Shown: one piece after another, positions 54,320 through 64,000 of the stretch
Layout of the letters: each line of letters begins with the position of its first letter
Numbering within the stretch: the stretch's first letter is position 1
Assembly: GCA_951406725.2 (NCBI GenBank)
Contig: OX597815.1
Coordinates: 25,110,001 to 25,174,000, forward strand
Source of the DNA: Octopus vulgaris
Taxonomy: Eukaryota
DNA: 64,000 nt
Direction: 5' to 3'
Translations under genes and position numbers: made by a program
Notes under the pieces: generated by a model
What the model was told of the DNA's origin: nothing
What the model saw: only the letters and a program-made list of their open reading frames with translations
Databases searched by the model: none

Positions 54320-54725
54320 GACTTTGTTAATAGTTTCTTTAGGTTATACGGTTGCTTTTTGCTTACGATAAGTATTTGATTAGTTATTAGGCTTTTTTTG
54401 ATTTTTCACTTTGTATTATGATTGGCAAATTTGTTTTGATGATGTTAAAAATGTTTTTGCTGATGCGGATTGTGTGTTACTAAAAATGGAATTTGTGTCC
54501 CTTTGATAGGTTCGTCTTTTTTGTGTTGCTCTAAGTTATTCTATAGGTATCTCTTTTGCTCGTTGTATGCTACTTTCTATAAGCAGGAGAGGGTAATTTT
54601 GCTTGAGCAAAAATCCTTTGAGTTCTACAAAGCGTGTGTTTCTGATATTTGGATCGTCGACTATAGCACAAATTTTCCTGGCTAGACACCACGGGATGTT
54701 GCGTTTTGTGTGTATTTGTGCTTTT
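54320..54725 (-). mobile_element. Penelope-like retroelement fragment (RT thumb/linker)
   Basis: HTKRNIPWCLARKICAIVDDPNIRNTRFVELKGFLLKQNYP...IPFLVTHNP...KKQPYNLKKLLTK. Confidence 0.8.
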
Positions 54726-54936
54726 GTAATAAATAACTGTTGTGATTGTTATATTTCGGACTGGCCATTTTCCCTTGCCAAATAAACACACGTTCTTCAC
54801 TTGTTCGTTACTGTTCTTATTTTATGTCCAATATCTGGAAATCTTTCGTCACACACCTGTGACCTCTTCAGCGACTTTCCATCCCATGTCCACCCATCTC
54901 TATCTTTGTTTCTGTCTCTCTCTCTCTCTCCTTCTC

Positions 54937-55025
<89 letters not shown>

Positions 55026-55389
55026 ATACATACATACATACATACATACATACATACATTATGGCTGCCCCCCTCGTTATCGAGTATGGCCATTGCACGA
55101 AGCTTAACTGTTACTGGTGCTGTGATCGAATGTGACTTTTTAGCCATACATACATACATACATACATACATACATCTTCGTTGCTGACGGTGGCAGCGTC
55201 ATGTACCGTAACGCGTTGATAAAACTACAACAAAAGTATTTCCAATTAAGCGCAAGTTCTACTATCAGATGAAGCCATAGCGTTGCTTTGTTCTGACTTT
55301 CTCATAGTATTGCCTTGACAGAGATATTGGGATAGTTTGCCGCTGCCTTCCCCAACCGGATATTTGTCCTCACCTTGTTTGTTGTTCAC

Positions 55390-56660
<1,271 letters not shown>

Positions 56661-56677
56661 TATAATATTGCAACAGC

Positions 56678-56788
56678 TATTTAAAGTTTGGGTTTCATTG
56701 GACTGGCAGCGAGGATCAGCCTCTTCTGCTGTGTGTTGTTTGTGGTGAAAAGATGCCTAACGGAGGCATGTTGCCCTAGCAAGTTGAT
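56678..56788 (+). mobile_element. hAT (Charlie/Buster) transposase N-terminal fragment
   Basis: YLKFGFHWTGSEDQPLLLCVVCGEKMPNGGMLP(S)KL resembles the YL.FGF...P.C..C...L.N..MKPSKL zinc-finger start of Buster-type transposases. Confidence 0.7.
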
Positions 56789-57070
56789 CATTTATGGTGG
56801 CAGATTATGTTGTGTGGTGAGCTCTTAAAATGTTTGGCTCCTATGACAAGAAGCTAACTTAAAGCAAGGTCGAAAGAGAAATAGGAGAAGCCATACAAGC
56901 ATATAGATTGTGCTGTACGATGAACTCTTCAGAGGCCTATAAGAGTCAGTTGAATATTCGTCATTTCATGGCTTGTACTTATTTTATTTGAGCGAATTTT
57001 TACACTGACTAGATTTAAACTCAAGGTATAGAGGGACAAAACTAAATACTGCTGGCTTGGGATTTAGTTC

Positions 57071-57511
57071 GGATCTTTTCGGTTTGAACGGCAGTTTTTT
57101 CTAGCGGTGTCATATGAAATTGTCACCCATAATTATGACCCTAGTTTCGATCTATTGCATTTCAATCTGTTTTAGGGTTAGGGTTAGAGTTAGGGTTAGT
57201 TAGGGTTAGGGGTGGGGGAAAGGGTTACTTTTTTTTCTTCAGAAATGTAAATAAACCCAATCTGTTTCTTAAACGAGGGACATATTCATACGGCACAGAA
57301 TGTTTTCACCTCAATAGACGTCATTGATTGGTTGAAATTGCAGAAACTGAAGAAAAAAAACCAACAATAATCTTACAAACTATAGAATTTTCTCAATAAA
57401 GCTAAGAGAAAAAGATGTTTTATAAACACATTCTATCAGTATACGAAGTTTAAAAGTGTTTAGTTATGTGGAAATTATTTTAAAAAACTGCCGTTCAAAC
57501 CGAAAAGATCC
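57071..57511. mobile_element. 441 bp TIR element (MITE) with internal TTAGGG repeats and 8-bp TSD
   Basis: Perfect 30-bp TIR GGATCTTTTCGGTTTGAACGGCAGTTTTTT. TSD TTTAGTTC at 57063-57070 and 57512-57519. Confidence 0.95.
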
Positions 57512-58650
57512 TTTAGTTCTGAGCTCTAGTTCGTTTACTGTCACAACACCGCTCTAACATTATTATAGGATCGATAAACAAGTTCGTGTTCAAACACTGA
57601 CTGAGGTTGATTTAATATGAGGCCTCAAAAATATGAAGACCTGTGCCTATATTAAACATTTTTTCATTAATAAAGAAACCAAATTAATTATAAAGCAGAG
57701 TTTACATGAGTCGATACTAAATCGCTGTTGCCGAGAGTGAGATGTAGAATCAACTAAATCGATTAACTGAAATTATCTTTAGTTGATCCCCGGATGGGAC
57801 AAAATATATTCGACCGGATATTTTAAAAATTGAAATTAGTTGAGTGGTGGTCGAACGAAAGGGTCCTGAATTCCATTGCTTCTAATTCCTGATCGATTTT
57901 TCAGTTACAAGGGCCATATGGTTCTATCTACTCCCTCCTGCTAACCGCCAGTATGTTCTCAGTGTAATTTGCATTGTTTAATTTGTGTCCTACTTACTTT
58001 CAAAGTATGTCGTAGCCAAACAAACCTCGACGGTCACCAAGTCGTTTGTTTGACGCTATTAGAATAAACCTATTTGGCTAGTTTCCATGTCAAGTTTAAC
58101 TGGTTCTTTTATATATTATGTTTTTATATATTATACTTGTACATTGTTGATGAAGTCCGGACGGGCGGGAATTGGTTGAGAAATAACTTATGTATGAATA
58201 CAAACTTGCTTCTACAACCTTAACACCTCTTTGACAATATTGTAATGTATACCTCTTTTTTATTACTCACCTTTCAGTTTGAAAATAATATGTAGAGCGA
58301 CCGTATTATGTTGTATTGAGACATGCTTTTATTCCTTAGACAATAAATTATAACTACAATTAAATATTCTTGGCATGTTACTTGCGACTGTAAACTACTT
58401 GAAGAAATAATTAAACGCCCAAGCTAATGTTTCTCCTATTAACTTCTGTTTACAACTTTAAACTGTATTATAGGTTAAATCTGATGTGGAAATTATTAAA
58501 GATAATAACTAAAACTCTGTTAATAACGTGGATGTTTGTAGGATTTCTTTTCCTTCCTAGCTTTAAGCAAGTTTCTTGACATAGGGGTCTACTATTTTAT
58601 CATGATTAGAAAGTTGTTAAATTACATGCCTTTTCCAGGAACATCAGAGC

Positions 58651-59848
58651 TGTAAGTGAGGAAGCAGTGACCGACGGCACAACACAGTAGCAGTCGCAGA
58701 ACACAAACAGACAGAACTGGAAAAAACACGACCCGACCAAATGACCAACGCACACACACATACAAAATATGCCGTGTACTATCTCATCACATCGACATAC
58801 TATTTCTCCTGTTGATTTTTACTTCGCCAACTCGAAGCAGTTGGTAACTTCATTGATTTTGTAAATCAAACTTTGTGTACCAACGCGTAAATGCAAGTGT
58901 TGATCAAATAGATTATTTAAACTATTCCGATGCTTTCCTTATTATTTTCCTTTGATGTCGTCCAACACGCTTTTCTTCATTTGCTACACATTCTCGCTAG
59001 ATTTGGTGACCCCGACGAAGAATGACAGCCTTCATATCACACATCACTAAATCAGAACTGAAAAATTGCTGCCATTAGTCGTCATGTCTCTACCGGAACA
59101 CAACCCAGCGGCGAACTCATCCACGGTCAACATGGCATTCCAGGCAGCGATTCTTTCCACCAATCCTTTCCTTTCGTCGTCCAGTGTTTCGGAAATTTCT
59201 GACTTGCATGCATTGGTGGTGCAGCGGGCATCACAGATATAGGCCTTGACAGAGCAGGTACAAGCCCTATCGTTTGGTATCCCCCATCGAAGTAACAGCC
59301 GAACGCGTCGATTTGGTAGGCGATCACGAAGCCCGAGTGCCCTCGGGAAACGACTCAGCCAAGAACTGAACGCGATGGAAGTTCCTCGCTCTCACTCACA
59401 ATGTTGCCTATTTTACGTCTGCGATCGTGTAACAAGCACGTGTTTCCTTGTTGACACCGGCACGGAAGTCAGCATAATCCTTGTTTACTGCACTTCAGGC
59501 AGCAGAAAAGAGACACCAGTCTGTCTTCAGGCAGTCAGCCACTCACCGATTCCAACCTACGGTAAACAGTCCCTAACACTAAACTTAGGACTATGCCGCC
59601 CCTTCCAGTGGGTATTCGTCATTGCCAAACTGCCGATCTCTATTTTAGGAGCCGATTTTCTTCTTCATTTCGGTCTCCTTGTAGACATCAAGCACAGAAG
59701 ACTCGTTGACAACACCACTCAGCTCACTGTGCGCGGTATAACCGCTCGTATAGCCACAGTCTGCCCAACTATTTTACAAACAACGACAACCCGCCACAGT
59801 ACTATCTTTAAAGAATACCCGGACGTCGCTCGACCAGTATTCCATTTT
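58651..59848 (+). mobile_element. Second CsRn1-like Gypsy remnant: LTR, PBS, internally deleted gag, protease
   Basis: LTR-like region similar to 34466-34700 (AACTCG.AG.AGTTG; AAATGCAAGT; ATTATTTAAACTAT). PBS at 59004-59017. MSLPEHNPAANSSTVNMAFQ gag start; FLVDTG and ILGADFLLHFGL protease motifs. LTR start is uncertain. Confidence 0.85.
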
Positions 59849-60268
59849 TAGAAATAAAGGTTCCTAGCCTGGTATAATATGCCTAGCCAGATCTACAACG
59901 ATCGGGGATTAAACCAGTCGAAACACGGTGTAAATATAAATACTACAAAAAGTACACCCAAAAGATGAGATTAAAGTCCGAAAAAATATCATTTTAACAT
60001 TAACTAGACATTTAATCAATAGTAAACATCTATTAATGTAATAACCCTTATATTATGATGTTGAAAATCAACAACATTAGTAAGTGATATTAAATAAATT
60101 GAAGTTTTTTTTGTAATAGGAGTTGACACCATAAATTAACGAATTACTCATTTACTTGCACAGTGTTCAACATGCCAACCCATCCCGGTTTGGGAGGAAA
60201 GGAAACTACTTGTCATAAGATAGGCGATGCCACTGAATGTTAAATATCTCGGATATGGCGAGCTGGTT

Positions 60269-60491
60269 AAGGCGGCGAGCTGGCAGAAACGTTAGCACGC
60301 CGGACGAAATGCGTAGCCGTATTTCGTCTGCCGTTACGTTCCGAGTTCAAATTCCGCCGAGGTCGACTTTGCCTTTCATCTTTTCGGGGTCGATAAATCA
60401 AGTACCAGTTACGCACTGGGGTCGATGTAATCGACTTAATCCGTCTGTCTGTCCCCTCTATGTTTAGCCCCTTGTGGGTAATAAAGAAATA
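60269..60491 (+). mobile_element. SINE family B, full length
   Basis: tRNA-like head with B box GAGTTCAAATTCC; central GTCGACTTTGCCTTTCATC..GGGGTCGATAAAT.AAGTACCAG resembling the MetaSINE central domain (inference). Confidence 0.85.
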
Positions 60492-61574
60492 GATATAAAT
60501 ATTGAACTGTATCAGTGGGTTATTCGGTCCTTTTACTATAAGTGATTCTCGGCAGTGGAATAACCCATCCTCGACCTACAAGACACAGCAGAAAATCAAA
60601 CACAAAAGAAATCCTACCGATTTTATATAAATAAATAATAAGAAAAAATTGGTTAAGTTTTATACAATAATTACAACAAGATCACCTTTGACCATGATTT
60701 TGCTTGATTAGGGCTGCTTAAAAGACGAAACAACTGCTATAAAACAATAATTCAGGTTATCAGCATGCTTTAGAATGAAAAAGAAAAATCATGAAGGAAT
60801 TTATAAACTTTATGTCATTAGTAGTACAGAGTCACTTATCAGCTTAAATTACGTACACATGTTATTCTCTCTCCCCATCTCTCTCTCTTTCTCTTTCTCT
60901 CTCTCACTGCACGCACGCGAGGACTTTAAACAATAACAAAAGCCTAAAGAGTTTAAATTATCGACTAAGGTCACATAATATATGAACCAGCTGTCGATAG
61001 AATATAGGACAAGAGCACAGTATAAATAGCATAGAATGTGAAGGAAAGATAATTTTACTGTACATGCTTTAATTTAAACTTTCTTATTTTTAATTTTGAG
61101 GTCGAGGCACATTACTCGCAGTTAGTCGTTTGCATGACTTGATAAGCTTTCTCGGATCTAGTTAAACTGATTCACAAAATTTGCATTTTTTAAAAGGCAG
61201 TAAAAAAAATCTAAAAATCGGCTATATTAATGTAGTTTTCCACTCTTATTACTATAAAAGTATGAAGTGGAGAAAAGATCGGAGGAAAAAATTAGAGGTT
61301 TAAAAATCGAAAAAAACTGTGTATTTATAGTTTAGCGTCAGTGAAATGACCTGTTCTTTTTCAGTAATATTTTTCTGAGCACAGATTAGGTTCTCCTGGT
61401 ACAGTGACAGTAAACGAACTGTCTTCATAGAAATTTTATTTAATTATTCAATGTTTAGTCGATCCAATTGTAACTGAGCAATCAATGAGTACAAGTTTGT
61501 AAACAACTGATGTTTATTGTTTTCTCACCTTGTTCTGCATTCAAATTTTTGAGATTATTTTGCAGCGGAATGGA

Positions 61575-61680
61575 CTATCAGCGAAATAATATATTCTCTT
61601 TCATTGTTCATAACTTGTACATGTTCCACAAGCTTGCCAATATCTTGATGGTAGAAATCACTTGAAGAATCTATCAAGCC
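61575..61680 (-). mobile_element. mariner transposase C-terminal fragment
   Basis: DFYHQDIGKLVEH..VMNNEREYI resembles the mariner terminal FY..GI.KL.ERW..V....GEYI. Confidence 0.6.
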
Positions 61681-62289
61681 ACATTTTAATATTTTCGTTA
61701 TGCTTTGTGATCTAAATTCGAGCGTTGTTGACAGAATAAATGCAAAGATTAATTTTCGTATTTGGCGTGTGTTTAACATCAACTATTCGTATATAATAAG
61801 TCTATAGAAGACTGTCTCAGCTAGCCACAATTAAAGATATGATCAAATAATATTGTCCTGCATCTTTATTAAAAATACAGAATGACTCATTCTGGCCTGA
61901 CCTGGGTAACAGAGAAAAACTTCACCAATATATGTAAAATATATATGAAAAATATGTAAAATATTAGGAGAATTGATGCAAAATATCTATAATAAATTTC
62001 TAATTGATAAAATAAATTTTTATTAAAATAAAACACGCGGGTGAAGTAAATCTCGTGGTGTGAAGAATCAACACAACACAACGTGCAGTTTTCATGGTAA
62101 CAAGCTGTTAATGCCTCGCTGTCTGTTGATTGGCTAAAATTACCTAAATTACCCATTATTAACATTAGATTCTTTAATTTACGAGATAAAATAATTGGTT
62201 GATCGTAATCAAAATTCAAAGTTGCATCGATACACTCAAACTGAAAGCAATCTGAGCAAAATTAAAGGGAGCTGATTTTATGAATCAGT

Positions 62290-62400
62290 TTAACTAGATC
62301 CGCTTTCTCCATGCTGGTCGTTTTTTTGCTAGAGTTTGCCATTTATTATGATCAATTCCTTTTTGCAGAATCTTTGAATCCCAGTCTAGGTCTTACATGG
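62290..62400 (-). mobile_element. RTE LINE C-terminal fragment
   Basis: LQKGIDHNKWQTLAKKRPAWRKRI resembles the RTE-BovB terminal W..LA.DR..WR motif. Confidence 0.5.
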
Positions 62401-63177
62401 TTTCTTTTCCCCTTGCATAGTTGGGAATAAAAGCGGGGGGAAGAAAGAGAGAAATGGGTGTTCATATTTTTTATGTAAGATTATCAAAGGAAAAGACGCC
62501 GATGATTTTTGCAGGTTCTTCGATACTGGTTAGATTGATTCGACAAGCGTTCAGAATTTGTAAGTTAGTGTTTTCAAGAAAAAAATGACCACGTAGTGAA
62601 TTCATGAGAGTTGGAGTTCTGGGATGGAGGAATTGTTGAAGTGTTTGGTACAAGAAATGAAAAATGAGATGGATGACAGGAAGAGAAAAATAGAGAGGAG
62701 GAGGAGGAGGGATGCAGCCAGATAGTTTTGGGGAGCAGATGTTTTTTTGAAGGAGAATTAAAGAACTACAAATGTCACAAAACTTTTGAAATGCAACTTC
62801 CAGGATGTATTTTCGATTTTAATAATTGCGTACATGTGGTGAGGCAGAGAAAAGGAATAGAGTGAGCTTGTATGGTATTGTAGGGAGTGAAGCGGACAGT
62901 GAATGTGAGGGCATTTAAATTAACTATAAAACGAAAAGGCAGTTAAAGAATTCTGCAAAAATTACACTTGGTAAATCCTTTTAGCAAAGGAACACAAGAT
63001 TCTGCTGTAATTTAGGAGTCTGAATGATGTGCGATTCACAAAACTTCCTTGCCAACTTATCAATTGGCTTTGGTGGTATTGATGCTTTCAATTCCTCTAG
63101 TGCTTTCTATGTATTCTGCTGCAGTACATCTTCAAATTAAGAATTTAGGGGTTTTGTGTCTATGAACTTCAGAGTGT

Positions 63178-63361
63178 GAGGAGTGGCTGTGTGGTAAGTA
63201 GCTTGCTTACGAACCACATGGTTCCGGGTTCAGTCCCATTACGTGGCATCTTGGGCAAGTGTCTTCCACTATAGCCTCGGGCCGACCAAAGCCTTGTGAG
63301 TGGATTTGGTAGACGGAAACTGAAAGAAGCCCGTCGTATAGACGGAAACTGAAAGAAGCCC

Positions 63362-63401
<40 letters not shown>

Positions 63402-63560
63402 TTGTGTGTCTGTGTTTGTCCCCCCCAACATCGCTTGACAACCGATGGTGGTGTGTTTAAGTCCCCGTAGCTTAGCGGTTCGGCAAAAGAGACCTATAGA
63501 ATAAGTACTAGGCTTACAAAGTGTAGGACCTTGGGTCGATTTGGTCGGCTAAATGAGATG
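63178..63560 (+). mobile_element. SINE family A
   Basis: Collinear with 2466-2866. Has a ~30 bp internal duplication of TAGACGGAAACTGAAAGAAGCCCGT. Confidence 0.85.
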
Positions 63561-64000
63561 CTTCAGCATATAGTCGTCTCAGATGGATAGGAAGAAAATA
63601 TATTTAATGCCTGGGTTAGACAGCATAAAACTAGCCGAGATCTAACTATTTAGCTAACATAATATTTGCTAAACGTCCGAGGATGAGATATTTACGATTT
63701 TATTGAATCAGTATCTGATCCAATGGCTATAGAAACGATACTGCATTGGCAAATGTTGAGTTTGAAGTTATTAAATGTGGTGGTAATTTTATCTAGGATA
63801 CGAGTAAAAAAGGATACTAGACGGCAAGCGAATCGGACTCTCCTCTAGCAGTGTCAATGTAGGAAGAATACAAAAGCCAGGAAGGTGTATGTAAATTGAG
63901 TCTCTAAGTATACTTACATATATACAAACATACACAATTTACGCGCACGTTAGCACGTATGTGTGTGCATGCGTGTTTGTGTGTGTGCATGCGTGCGTGT

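Overview
Repeat-dense, AT-rich animal genomic DNA; the SINE and microsatellite content suggests a coleoid cephalopod, most likely Octopus (inference). Only one host gene is supportable: SAP18 on the minus strand, with three coding exons (11413-11288, 10599-10493, 574-292; about 171 aa) and a ~9.9 kb second intron. The remaining ~52 kb is made of tRNA-headed SINEs (several families), RTE and CR1 LINE fragments, Penelope-like (PLE) fragments, two CsRn1-clade Ty3/Gypsy remnants (tRNA-Trp PBS, CHCC knuckle, intact -1 frameshift cassette), a full-length decayed mariner, hAT/piggyBac/mariner MITEs, non-autonomous Helitrons, a ~5.5 kb tandem duplication and many microsatellites. The most notable signal is more than a dozen minimal hammerhead-ribozyme-like (HHR) motifs in at least five short repeat families. 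These include a tRNA/Pol III-headed SINE carrying a hammerhead in its tail, (TA)n-flanked ~200 bp units, and foldback palindromes, consistent with PLE-dependent, ribozyme-bearing non-autonomous retroelements. Also notable are a TTAGGG-carrying TIR element forming a spacer-MITE-spacer-MITE-spacer array, and an inverted templated insertion in the SAP18 intron. All alignments were done by eye; repeat boundaries are approximate unless a TSD or TIR is quoted.
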